A stretch of 44,036 nucleotides of DNA from an uncultured Nitrospinaceae bacterium (lineage in GTDB: Bacteria; UBA8248), in contig CAYMWZ010000001.1 of NCBI GenBank assembly GCA_964394385.1, forward strand, positions 1-44,036, in the 5' to 3' direction. A program made the position numbers and the translations under genes. The notes under the pieces were generated by a model. That model saw only the letters and a program-made list of their open reading frames with translations, was not told the DNA's origin and made no database searches. This document shows positions 8,992-17,397 of the stretch, in pieces. Each line of letters opens with the position of its first letter. Positions within the stretch are counted from its first letter, which is position 1.

Positions 8992-9127
8992 CTTCAAAAA
9001 GCCGCAGCGAAAGCGCGCAGGCTGCCTCCCGTAACACCGGCCTGAGAGAGGGCTGTGCATCCCTGTCCGATGCGCTTTTCGTGCATGGGATAGACTTCCG
9101 GTCGTGACCGCCCCCGAAGGGGGAGAC

Positions 9128-9514
9128 TCAGAAGGACTCTTTCTCGGGCGACCCGGAAACCGCCTCGGAGACCGTAGCGGCCGATCGGCCGCCATCCGAA
9201 GAGTCTGAGGAGGAGTAGGTCTGGGAGCGGGGCGAGGTCTTGTTGTCCACCTTCTCGCGGAGCTCCTTGCCCGCCTTGAAAAAGGGGACCTTTTTGGGGG
9301 GGATAGACACCGTCTCGCCTGTCCGAGGGTTTCGCCCATCCCGGCTTTCCCGGGAGCGGACGCGGAAGCTTCCAAATCCACGCAACTCCACCTTGTCGGA
9401 TTTGGACAAGGACTGAATGATGCTCCCGAAGACGATGTTGACGACCCTTTCCGTGTCTTTCTTCGTCAGGTTGATCTTCGCGGCAATCTTTTCCACCAAC
9501 TCCGCCTTGGTCAT
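9128..9514 (-). CDS. ihfB: integration host factor beta-like DNA-bending protein (HU/IHF family) with ~35-aa Ser-rich C-terminal tail
   Basis: MTKAELVEKIA...VELRGFGSFRVRSRESRDGRNPRTGETVSIPPKKVPFFKAGKELREKV closely parallels E. coli IhfB (MTKSELIE...IEIRGFGSF...GRNPKTGDKV...VPHFKPGKELRDR). The position downstream of cmk-rpsA matches the known cmk-rpsA-ihfB synteny. Confidence 0.85.
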   Translation of the reverse strand: MTKAELVEKIAAKINLTKKDTERVVNIVFGSIIQSLSKSDKVELRGFGSFRVRSRESRDGRNPRTGETVSIPPKKVPFFKAGKELREKVDNKTSPRSQTYSSSDSSDGGRSAATVSEAVSGSPEKESF

Positions 9515-9632
9515 GGGAAGCAACATCCTCCTCGGCGAATGCGACGGTTGCTTCAGCGGCCCTTGGACGCTCAGCCTCCTCCGGCGGCGATGGATGTGAT
9601 GCCGCGCGGTCCCATCGCGACGATTATTACGG

Positions 9633-10556
9633 CTACCGCCACATATACTGTAGCATGCCGGGATATTCGCTCCAAACCTGGATGCCTCCCGCCCCAAACC
9701 ACTCGGCCATGCTCCCGGCGAAGCCGGTCAAAAGGGCAAAGAACCCCCCCTCCGGCCTCATCTCAATCACCTTGGGTTCCCCTTCAATCCCCCCCAAGCG
9801 CGCTGCCTCGATGGTGGCGTCCCGCTCGGTGCCCAAGGCGTCCACAAGCCCGAGGCCCTTGGCCCGCTCTCCGCTAAAGACGCTCCCGTCCGCGATCCGG
9901 AAGGCTTCCGCTTCAGAAAGCTTGCGGCCCGCCGCGACCGCCCGCACGAACTGCCCATAGGTGTCGTCGACCAGCCGCTGGAGAATTTGCTGTTCTTTTT
10001 CAGAGAGGGCCCTCAGAGGGGAAGCCAAATCTTTGTGCGGGGCGCTCTTGATGACGTTGAACCTCAGCCCCAAATTTCCGAGGGCCTTCTCGGCGTTTGG
10101 AAGCACCATGACCACGCCGATGCTCCCCGTGATGGTGCCGGGATTCGCAAAAATCTTGTCGGAGGCCGACGCGATGTAATACCCCCCCGAGGCCGCAACG
10201 CTTCCCAATGAGGCGACAACCTTGCGCCCCGAGCGGCGAAAACGATGCACCGCCTCATAGATCTCCTGGGTGGGTCCCACCCCTCCTCCAGGGGTTTCGA
10301 TGCGAAGAAGGAGCGCCTTCACTTGGGGATTTTGCCGGAGCCGTTCGAGAGCCTTGACCGTTCCCCGGGAATCGAAGATACCGCCCTGGATTCGAACCAA
10401 GCCGACGAGATCCCCCCTGCGGGGACCGTTCCCGTCTCCCTCATCCGCGACAAAATAGCCCCGCACCACGATGCGGAAAAAGCCAAAGATGCCGACCGTG
10501 ATCGCCAAAAACAGGGTCAGCGCCATCCAGGCGCCCCGGGGAATCCACCGATTCAT
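9633..10556 (-). CDS. sppA: signal peptide peptidase SppA, 36K type
   Basis: N-terminal TM segment, then ClpP/crotonase-fold motifs (ETPGGGVGPTQEI, GSVAASGGYYIASASDKIFANPGTITGSIGV) and KDLASPLRALSEKE. Confidence 0.9.
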   Translation of the reverse strand: MNRWIPRGAWMALTLFLAITVGIFGFFRIVVRGYFVADEGDGNGPRRGDLVGLVRIQGGIFDSRGTVKALERLRQNPQVKALLLRIETPGGGVGPTQEIYEAVHRFRRSGRKVVASLGSVAASGGYYIASASDKIFANPGTITGSIGVVMVLPNAEKALGNLGLRFNVIKSAPHKDLASPLRALSEKEQQILQRLVDDTYGQFVRAVAAGRKLSEAEAFRIADGSVFSGERAKGLGLVDALGTERDATIEAARLGGIEGEPKVIEMRPEGGFFALLTGFAGSMAEWFGAGGIQVWSEYPGMLQYMWR

Positions 10557-10583
10557 GGCATATGACCTTCGGCCGGCGCTGAC

Positions 10584-12356
10584 CTACTCCGGCTTCTCCC
10601 CAGGATCGTCCGGGTCGGAGCCGACCTCTTCTTCTGCTCCAGGACCGGCCGGCACAGGTTCCGGGGCACGGTTGATGAGAGGCTCCTCGCCCGTTGCCTC
10701 GATGAAGGCACGTATGCTCAGGCCGAGCCTGCGCTGATCGGGCTCAATCTTGATCACCCTCATCCGGAACACGTCCCCCACGCGGACGACCTCTTCGGGC
10801 TTGTTCACCTTCTGGGGGCTGAGCTCGGATATGTGGACCAGACCTTCAAGATCCTCTTCGGGGGCGGCGAAGACGCCAAAGTTGGTGATCTTCGTGATCT
10901 TGGCCTCGACGTCATCACCCACGGCATAGCGGCTCTCGATGCTCTCCCACGGATCCTGGGAGAGCTGCTTCATCCCCAGGGAAAGCCGCTCCTTGTCAAC
11001 GTCGACGCTGAGGACCACGGCTTCCACCTCCTGGCCTTTCTTGAGAACCTCGGAGGGGTGCTTGAAGCGCTGGGTCCAGGAGATGTCGGAGATGTGGATG
11101 AGGCCATCGATCCCCTCATCGAGGGCGACGAAGGCCCCGAACTCGGTCAAATTCCGCACCCGGCCCCGGACCCTCGTCCCCACGGGGTATTTCTGCTCAA
11201 CCGTGGTCCAGGGGTTGGCCTCAACCTGCTTCATACCGAGCGAAATCCGGCGGGCCTCCTTGTCCAGGTTGAGAACAACGGCCTCGACGATGTCCCCCAC
11301 CGCGACGATCTTGGAGGGATGCCGCACCCGGCGGGTCCAGGACATCTCGGAAACGTGGACCAAACCCTCGACGCCCTGCTCCAATTCCACGAACGCACCG
11401 TAGTCGGTGATGGAGACCACCCGGCCCCGCACCCTCCCGCTGACGGGATACTTGATCTCCACGTCCTCCCAAGGGTCCGGGGTGACCTGCTTGTGCCCCA
11501 GGGAGACGCGCTCGCGGTCACGGTCATATTTGAGGACCACCACCTTGACGGTATCCCCGATGGAGAGCATTTCGCTGGGGTGGCCGACGCGGCCCCAGGA
11601 CATGTCGGTAATGTGCAACAGGCCGTCGATTCCACCCAGATCGATGAAGGCGCCATAGTCGGTGATGTTTTTCACCACCCCCACGGTCTGCTGGCCTTCG
11701 TGGAGGCGTGAGAGGGTCTCCCGCTTGAGCTCCGCCCGCTCGTCCTCGAGCAGCACACGCCGCGAGAGGACGATGTTCCCCCGCTTTCGGTTCAACTTGA
11801 TGATCTTCAGGTCGAATCGTTTTCCGATGAATTGGTCCAAATTGCGGACCGGGCGCAGATCCACCTGGGAGCCGGGAAGGAACGCCTTGAGGCCGATGTC
11901 CACCGTGAGGCCGCCCTTGATCCGGGCCACCACCTCCCCGGAGACGATCTCGCCATTTTCGTAGGCCCGGCTGATCTCGTCCCAGACCTTGATCCGATTG
12001 GCCTTTTCCTTGGAGAGGACTATCAGCCCTTCCTCGTCCTCCCGGTCCTCCACGTAAACCTCCACCTCGTCGCCGGGCTTAAGATTGCGCCCCCCATCGG
12101 GGAATTCGCTCCGCTGAACGAGGCCTTCCGATTTGTAGCCGACGTCCACCAGGACGTAGTCCCCCTCGATGCGGACGACAGTCCCTTTGACGATCTCGCC
12201 GTCCTTGATCTGGAGCGTGGAGGCGTAAATGCCCTCCATCTGCTCGGGGGTAAGGGTGTCTGGATCCTGGCCGTCCGGGAGAAGCGAGGTTCTCTTCTCG
12301 AGGGTGGCGCCATCCTGCCCGGCCGGCTTCGAGGGGTGAGAGGGAGATTCTGTCAT
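10584..12356 (-). CDS. rpsA: 30S ribosomal protein S1 (six S1 domains)
   Basis: 590 aa with repeated S1 OB-fold modules (GTVVRIEGDYVLVDVGYKSEG, GVVKNITDYGAFIDLGGIDGLLHITDMSW, GRVVSITDYGAFVELEQGVEGLVHVSEMSW and others). Confidence 0.95.
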   Translation of the reverse strand: MTESPSHPSKPAGQDGATLEKRTSLLPDGQDPDTLTPEQMEGIYASTLQIKDGEIVKGTVVRIEGDYVLVDVGYKSEGLVQRSEFPDGGRNLKPGDEVEVYVEDREDEEGLIVLSKEKANRIKVWDEISRAYENGEIVSGEVVARIKGGLTVDIGLKAFLPGSQVDLRPVRNLDQFIGKRFDLKIIKLNRKRGNIVLSRRVLLEDERAELKRETLSRLHEGQQTVGVVKNITDYGAFIDLGGIDGLLHITDMSWGRVGHPSEMLSIGDTVKVVVLKYDRDRERVSLGHKQVTPDPWEDVEIKYPVSGRVRGRVVSITDYGAFVELEQGVEGLVHVSEMSWTRRVRHPSKIVAVGDIVEAVVLNLDKEARRISLGMKQVEANPWTTVEQKYPVGTRVRGRVRNLTEFGAFVALDEGIDGLIHISDISWTQRFKHPSEVLKKGQEVEAVVLSVDVDKERLSLGMKQLSQDPWESIESRYAVGDDVEAKITKITNFGVFAAPEEDLEGLVHISELSPQKVNKPEEVVRVGDVFRMRVIKIEPDQRRLGLSIRAFIEATGEEPLINRAPEPVPAGPGAEEEVGSDPDDPGEKPE

Positions 12357-12458
12357 CTGATGGATTCACCTCGCACAATGCGAAAGGAAAAGTGCCACCA
12401 CCCGATTAGCGCCCCATGCGCCCTCGAGTCGGCGACAGCGGGTTTAAAAGAATGCCCC

Positions 12459-12488
12459 ATCCTACTTCAGTCAACGGGGTCGGGTCAA
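12459..12488 (-). promoter_or_regulatory. candidate sigma70-type promoter for rpsA (-35 TTGACC, 18-nt spacer, -10 TAGGAT)
   Basis: The minus strand reads TTGACC (12488-12483), then 18 nt, then TAGGAT (12464-12459), about 100 nt upstream of the rpsA ATG and immediately downstream of the cmk stop. This is a pattern match only. Confidence 0.3.
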
Positions 12489-12494
12489 GACAAC

Positions 12495-13187
12495 TCAAGT
12501 CGCCTCAAGCACTTCCCCGTACATTTGGCGGATTCTCTCTAGCATGAGCTCCAGCACCCGGTCAATCGGCAGCCGAGAGGTGTCAATCCGCACCGCGTCC
12601 CGGGCCGGCTGGAGGGGGGCCGAGGCCCGCTCCCGGTCCCGCCGGTCGCGGGCGCGCAGATCCGCCCCCAGGCGGACCGGGTCAAAGGAAACACCCCGCC
12701 GATGCAGCTCCTCGAAGCGGCGCAGAATTCGGACCTCGATGTCGGCGTCCAAGAAAAACTTGAGCGGCGCCTCCGGAAACACCACCGTCCCAATGTCCCG
12801 CCCGTCGAGAACGGCGCCCCCGCGGCCCTGGTAGCTGCGCTGGAAGGCCAAAAGCGCCTCCCGCACCGGGGGCAGAGCCGAGACCCGGGAGGCGGCATCG
12901 CTCACCCGCTCCTCCCGAAGAAGGTGGGTCACGTCCCGCCCTTCCAAAAAATTCCGCCACCCTTCGGGCGTGCGGCGACACTCGAAACGAAGCTCCCGAG
13001 CGCAACGGGCGGCGGCCTCGGGATCGTCCGGATCCCCGCCCTCCTCCAGCACCCTGAGGCCGACGGCGCGGTAGAGGGCACCGGTTTCCAAATAGGCCCA
13101 GCCCAGGCGGCCGGCAATGGCCTGAGCCACGGTGCTTTTCCCCGATCCTGCGGGACCATCCACCGGGATGACGATGCCCCGGCTCAT
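12495..13187 (-). CDS. cmk: cytidylate kinase
   Basis: IVIPVDGPAGSGKSTVAQAIAGRLGWAYLETGALYRA plus LDGRDIGTVVFP. There is a 4-nt ATGA overlap with the tyrA stop. Confidence 0.95.
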   Translation of the reverse strand: MSRGIVIPVDGPAGSGKSTVAQAIAGRLGWAYLETGALYRAVGLRVLEEGGDPDDPEAAARCARELRFECRRTPEGWRNFLEGRDVTHLLREERVSDAASRVSALPPVREALLAFQRSYQGRGGAVLDGRDIGTVVFPEAPLKFFLDADIEVRILRRFEELHRRGVSFDPVRLGADLRARDRRDRERASAPLQPARDAVRIDTSRLPIDRVLELMLERIRQMYGEVLEAT

Positions 13188-14050
13188 GCCCAGCCCATGT
13201 CCTGCAACCAGCCGTCCCGGCCCTCCTTGGCCCGGCGGAAGACCCTCTCCAGGGCCTGGCCGTCCTCGCGCTCGACCGCCCCCCGCAGGGCGGCGAGGCT
13301 CTCCTCAAACCCCCGAAGCGCCGCAAGCAGAGCTTCGCGGTTGTCCAGGCAGATCTCGCGCCACATCTCCGGGTTGCTCGAGGCGATCCGGGTAAAATCC
13401 CGAAACCCCCCCGCCGCGTAGGGCAGGCCCTCTCCCTTCAAGGCGCAGTCCACGAGGGCGTAGGCCACCAGGTGGGGCAAATGACTGATGTCGGCGAGAA
13501 TCCGATCGTGCGCCTCGGGACTGAGGACGTCCACTCGCGCCCCCACCCCCTCCCAAAAGGCCCGAAGGGCGTCCACAACGCCGGGAATGGTGCGGGATGT
13601 GGGGGTAAGAATCGTGCGGCGGCCCTCGAAGAGCTCGGCGAAGCTGGCCTCGACCCCCGACTCCTCGGTCCCCGCGATGGGATGGCCCCCGAGGAATCGA
13701 ACTTCACCACGGTCCATCTCCTCGACGGCCCGCACGAAGGGGCCCTTCACGCTCCCCACGTCGGTGAGGATGGCTCCCGGCCGCATGGCCGGAAGGATGT
13801 TCCGCACCACCTCCACGGCCGCCTGGACCGGCGTACCCACCACCACAAGGTCCGAATCCCGGACAGCCGCCCGATGGTCGGTCTCGAGACGGTCCACCAC
13901 CCCCAGGGCGAGGGCCCGCTCGAGGTTCCTGGCCCCCCGACCGGCGCCGACGAAACGGGAAACCAACCCCCTCCTCCGGGCCGCCCGGGCCAAGGAACCC
14001 CCGATGAGCCCCACCCCGACGATCGTCATCTGTTCAAAGAGGGGCGCCAT
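13184..14050 (-). CDS. tyrA: prephenate dehydrogenase
   Basis: Rossmann motif TIVGVGLIGGSLARAARRRG, then GGHPIAGTEESG and ISHLPHLVAYAL. Start candidates are ATG 14086, 14050 (AAGGAG 13 nt upstream) and 14029. I chose 14050 with low certainty on the exact start. Confidence 0.86.
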   Translation of the reverse strand: MAPLFEQMTIVGVGLIGGSLARAARRRGLVSRFVGAGRGARNLERALALGVVDRLETDHRAAVRDSDLVVVGTPVQAAVEVVRNILPAMRPGAILTDVGSVKGPFVRAVEEMDRGEVRFLGGHPIAGTEESGVEASFAELFEGRRTILTPTSRTIPGVVDALRAFWEGVGARVDVLSPEAHDRILADISHLPHLVAYALVDCALKGEGLPYAAGGFRDFTRIASSNPEMWREICLDNREALLAALRGFEESLAALRGAVEREDGQALERVFRRAKEGRDGWLQDMGWA

Positions 14051-14154
14051 GCGCGCTTGGCATCTCCTTTCCCAGCCACAAAACATACATTAAGAATCAT
14101 CGTTTAAGTTATTGATTTTAATATTCTACATTTGCGTAAAAAGTCCCTGCCGCC

Positions 14155-15243
14155 TCATCTGCCCACCACTTTGGCCAGGGCCTCGATCACCCGGCGGTTC
14201 TCCTCGGGCGTCCCGATGGAGATCCGCACATGGGCCGGAAAGCCGTATCCCGCGACGGGACGAACGATCACCCCCTCCCGAAGCATCTCTTCGTACACGC
14301 GCTTTCCATTTCCCACCTCGGCCATGAGGAAATTGCCCTGCGTCGGAACGAAGGGGAGCCCCAGGGCGGCCAGCTCCCGCACGAAAAATTCCCGGCCCTC
14401 GGCGTTTACCCGGACGGTGCGCTCCACGTGCTCATGGTCCCCCAGGGCGGCCTCGGCGGCGGCGAGGGCCAGGGAGTTCACGTTGAAGGGCTCGCGCACC
14501 CGCTCCATGGCCGCGACCACCTCGGGGTGGCCCACCCCATAGCCCACCCGGAGGCCGGCCAGCCCGTAGACCTTGGAAAACGTCCTGAGCGCCACCACGT
14601 TGGGATACTCCCCCAATAACCTCACCGCGTCGGGGTAGTCCTCCCGGTGGGCGTAGTGGAAATAGGCCTCATCCACCACCACCAGCACGCGCTCGGGGAC
14701 CCGCTCCAGGAGGCGGCGGAGGGCCTTCTCCCCCACCGCCGTTCCGGTCGGGTTGTTCGGGTTCGCGATGAACACGGCCTTCGTGCGGTCGCAAGCCAGC
14801 CCCGCCATCGCGTCCAGATCGTGGGTGAAGTCTCGCAGGGTAGCCTTGCGGATCTCGGAGGCACTCAGCTGGGAGACGATCTGGTAGACGATAAAGGCCC
14901 CCTCGGAGAAGACCACCGGGTCACCCGGGTCGAAGAAGGCGTGCGCCAGGATCTCAAGCACCTCGTTCGTCCCGTTGCCCAGTAGGAAATTTTCGGGAGC
15001 GAGCCCATGGTGGGCGGCCAGGGCGCGCTTGAGATAAAACCCCCCGCCGTCGGGATAGCGGTGGAGGCCGGCCAAGGCTCCTCTCACGGCATCGAGGGCC
15101 TTCGGAGAGGGCCCCAGGGGATTTTCGTTCGACGCCACCTTGACGGAGTCCCGGATGCCCAGCTCGCGCTCAAGCTCCTCGACGGGCTTGCCCGGCTGGT
15201 AAACCGTGATGCCCCCCACAGGGCGGGCGGCAGGAAACCTCAT
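14155..15243 (-). CDS. hisC: histidinol-phosphate / aromatic aminotransferase (class II PLP)
   Basis: MRFPAARPVGGITVYQPGKP...VKVASNENPLGPSP...NPNNPTGT...RTFSKVYGLAGLRVGY (PLP lysine motif). ATG 15243 has AAGGA 8 nt upstream. The 534-aa track ORF overlaps pheA and is rejected. Confidence 0.92.
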   Translation of the reverse strand: MRFPAARPVGGITVYQPGKPVEELERELGIRDSVKVASNENPLGPSPKALDAVRGALAGLHRYPDGGGFYLKRALAAHHGLAPENFLLGNGTNEVLEILAHAFFDPGDPVVFSEGAFIVYQIVSQLSASEIRKATLRDFTHDLDAMAGLACDRTKAVFIANPNNPTGTAVGEKALRRLLERVPERVLVVVDEAYFHYAHREDYPDAVRLLGEYPNVVALRTFSKVYGLAGLRVGYGVGHPEVVAAMERVREPFNVNSLALAAAEAALGDHEHVERTVRVNAEGREFFVRELAALGLPFVPTQGNFLMAEVGNGKRVYEEMLREGVIVRPVAGYGFPAHVRISIGTPEENRRVIEALAKVVGR

Positions 15244-15272
15244 CGCATCTGTCCTTTCCGAGGCCGGCGGGT

Positions 15273-16100
15273 TCAATCCCCCACCGGATAGACGCCCAAA
15301 ACCCTCAGGTACTCCACTCTCTCCCTCAGGGAGGCAATCCCCTCGGCCAGCTTGGAGTCCTCGGGGTGGCCCTCCACGTCCATGAAAAACACATAGTCCC
15401 ACGCCTTCCGCCGGGAGGGGCGCGACTCGATCTTCGTCATGTTGAGTCCCCGCTCCGCGATGGGAGCCAGAGCGCGGTAGAGAGAGCCGGGCTCGTTCCT
15501 GAGAACGAAAAAAAGGCTCGTCCGGGAGCGGGGCGCCCGGGGGGAAGCCTTTTTCCCCAGGACGAAAAAGCGCGTAACGTTGATGCCCTCGAGGTCGAGC
15601 TTCGCTACCAGCACCCTGAGGCCATAGCGCTCGGCCGCCATGCGGCTGCCCAAGGCGGCCAAATCCTTCTCCCGGGCGGCCTCCTGGGCTGCGAGGGAGG
15701 TGCTCGCCACCTCCTCGACGGCCACCCCGGGCAGGTTCTCCTGGAGCCAAGCCCTGCACTGGGCCACGGCGTGGGGATGACTCAGCACCCGGCGGATCTC
15801 CTCCAAGCGCTCCGCCCGCGTCAGAAGGTGGATATCGATGGGGAGCCGGATCTCCCCCACGATGAGGAGGGAGGAGTCGATGAGCCGGTCCAAGGTGACG
15901 TTCACCGTCCCTTCGAGGGCGTTTTCAAAGGGAACCACCCCCTCACCCGAGCGGCCCGACTCGACCTCATCGAACACTGCCGCGATGGAGGGCGCAGGGA
16001 TCAGCTCGGCTCTGTCTCCAAAACGCTGCAGGGCCGCCTCGTGGGTGAAGGTGCCCTCGGGCCCCAAGTAGCTCACCCGGAGCGGCTTCGCCCCCGCCAT
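15273..16100 (-). CDS. pheA: prephenate dehydratase with C-terminal ACT domain (no chorismate mutase domain)
   Basis: VSYLGPEGTFTHEAA...VVPFENALEGTV...THPHAVAQC is the PDT domain. TSLFFVLRNEPGSLYRALAPIAERGLNMTKIESRPS is the ACT domain with the ESRP motif. ATG 16100 has GAGGAG 6 nt upstream. Confidence 0.92.
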   Translation of the reverse strand: MAGAKPLRVSYLGPEGTFTHEAALQRFGDRAELIPAPSIAAVFDEVESGRSGEGVVPFENALEGTVNVTLDRLIDSSLLIVGEIRLPIDIHLLTRAERLEEIRRVLSHPHAVAQCRAWLQENLPGVAVEEVASTSLAAQEAAREKDLAALGSRMAAERYGLRVLVAKLDLEGINVTRFFVLGKKASPRAPRSRTSLFFVLRNEPGSLYRALAPIAERGLNMTKIESRPSRRKAWDYVFFMDVEGHPEDSKLAEGIASLRERVEYLRVLGVYPVGD

Positions 16101-16146
16101 GGCGCTCTCCTCATCCGCCCTCCGGCCCGGCCGCCCAAAACGCGCT

Positions 16147-16174
16147 ATCCTACCCCAAGGGCGGGGACCATCAA
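16147..16174 (-). promoter_or_regulatory. candidate sigma70-type promoter for pheA-hisC (-35 TTGATG, 16-nt spacer, -10 TAGGAT)
   Basis: The minus strand reads TTGATG (16174-16169), then 16 nt, then TAGGAT (16152-16147), about 45 nt upstream of the pheA ATG. The -10 hexamer is the same as in the rpsA candidate. This is a pattern match only. Confidence 0.3.
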
Positions 16175-16263
16175 AAGCGCGCGGTGCCTCTGGCCGGGAG
16201 GTTCCGCCGAGGGTAGAATCCGCCCCCGGCATTTCGAATTTTTCCTCAGCCAAAGGAACTGCC

Positions 16264-17397
16264 ATGAAGATCACGGACGTGGAAGTCCATCTCCTGAGCG
16301 GCCCGCCCGAGGAACGCCCCCACTGGGTGAGCCACTACCCCGTCCACCAGGTCAACGAACTCCTCGTCCGCCTCCGAACGGACGGGGGGCTCGAGGGCTT
16401 CGGCCTGGGGAGCAGCCGGGCCGCCATCCGCGGGGCGGCCGAGATGTTCTGCTCGGGACTCAAGGACCTCATCGTGGGGGAGGACGCTCTCTCGCCGGAG
16501 CGCCTCTACGAAAAGGTTTTTGGGCTCACCTATCAGAAGCTCGCCTTCGAGAAAGGCTGGGCGCGGGGGGCCATCCTCCTCGCCTCGGCGGCCGTCGACA
16601 TCGCGATGTGGGACATCTTGGGACAAGCCTCGGGCCAGCCCCTTTTCCGCCTCTTCGGGGGCTACCGGAGCGAGATCCCCTGCTACGTCACTTGCGCCTA
16701 CTACCGGGAGGGGAAGGATCTGGCGGAGCTGCGGGGCGAGATGCAGATGCTTCGTGCCCAGGGGCACAAGGCTTTCAAGGCCAAGATCGGGGGGGCTCCC
16801 CTCCGGGAGGACATGGAGCGCCTGCGGGCGATCAGGGAGGTCACCGGGGAGGAGGCCCTCCTCATGGTGGACGTCAACTGCGCCTGGGACCTCCCCACCG
16901 CCATCGAGGGGGCCCGGCTCCTGGAGGAGTTCCACCCGCGCTGGCTGGAAGAACCCGTCCGGTGGATGGACGATCGGCGGGAGCTGCGCCTCCTCGCCCA
17001 GAAGACGACCATCCCCCTCTCCGCGGGAGAAAGCGAGATCACCCCCCACGGCTGCCGCGCCCTGCTCGAGGAGGGGGCCATCCAGGTGCTCCAGTTCGAC
17101 TGCACCCGGATGGGCGGCTTCACCATGGGCCGGAAGCTCGCCGCCTTGGCCGAGCTCCACCACGTCCAGGTGGCGCCCCACCACGACTGCTTCCTCCACG
17201 CGCACATCGTCGGGGGAAGCCCGGCCGGCCTCATCGCCGAGTCCTTCACCGACCCCGAGCGCGACCCCCTCCAGGCGGAGCTGTTCGAAGACCCGCCGCG
17301 CATCGAGGGGGGCGTTATCTACCTCAAGGAGACGCCCGGCCTCGGCCTCAAGCTCTCGCAAAAGGCGCTCAAGAAGTACGGGAAGCGGATTGCCTAG
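16264..17397 (+). CDS. enolase-superfamily enzyme, mandelate racemase subgroup (acid-sugar dehydratase-like); substrate unknown
   Basis: MKITDVEVHLL is the start of the capping domain. Barrel motifs are KAFKAKIGG (KxK), MVDVNCAW (metal Asp), LEEP and AGES (metal Glu), then FDCTRMGG and APHHD (Asp/His dyad rather than a second Lys). ATG 16264 is preceded by AAAGGAA. Confidence 0.85.
   Translation: MKITDVEVHLLSGPPEERPHWVSHYPVHQVNELLVRLRTDGGLEGFGLGSSRAAIRGAAEMFCSGLKDLIVGEDALSPERLYEKVFGLTYQKLAFEKGWARGAILLASAAVDIAMWDILGQASGQPLFRLFGGYRSEIPCYVTCAYYREGKDLAELRGEMQMLRAQGHKAFKAKIGGAPLREDMERLRAIREVTGEEALLMVDVNCAWDLPTAIEGARLLEEFHPRWLEEPVRWMDDRRELRLLAQKTTIPLSAGESEITPHGCRALLEEGAIQVLQFDCTRMGGFTMGRKLAALAELHHVQVAPHHDCFLHAHIVGGSPAGLIAESFTDPERDPLQAELFEDPPRIEGGVIYLKETPGLGLKLSQKALKKYGKRIA

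Noticed and set aside
9111-9123. CCCCC-GAA-GGGGG hairpin just after the ihfB stop as an intrinsic terminator. A GCAGC...GCTGC stem followed by TTTTT lies next to the miaA start (about 8992-9025).
   Set aside because: The first hairpin has no U-tract. The second has a 12-nt loop and only a 5-bp stem and abuts the miaA start codon. This is too weak to call.
14079-14143. Sigma-54 (-24 GG / -12 GC) promoter associated with the IHF-like site in the AT-rich island.
   Set aside because: TGGCTGGGAAAGGAG downstream and GGCAGGGACTTTTTACGC upstream do not keep the GG-N10-GC spacing or the TTGC element.
14155-15759. N-terminally extended track ORFs: hisC 534 aa, dgt 547 aa (40448..42091), miaA 472 aa (7963..9381), icd 480 aa, mdh 368 aa, trpC 377 aa, pheA 333 aa and the dehydrogenase 404 aa.
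   Set aside because: The extensions overlap the upstream gene on the same strand, are Arg/Gly/Pro-rich, and precede internal starts that have SD sequences and N-termini matching the protein families.
16101-16263. Looked for a Phe-rich leader peptide or attenuator upstream of pheA, by analogy with the trp leader.
   Set aside because: There is no short ORF with clustered Phe codons and no hairpin plus U-tract. Only a promoter-like match is present.
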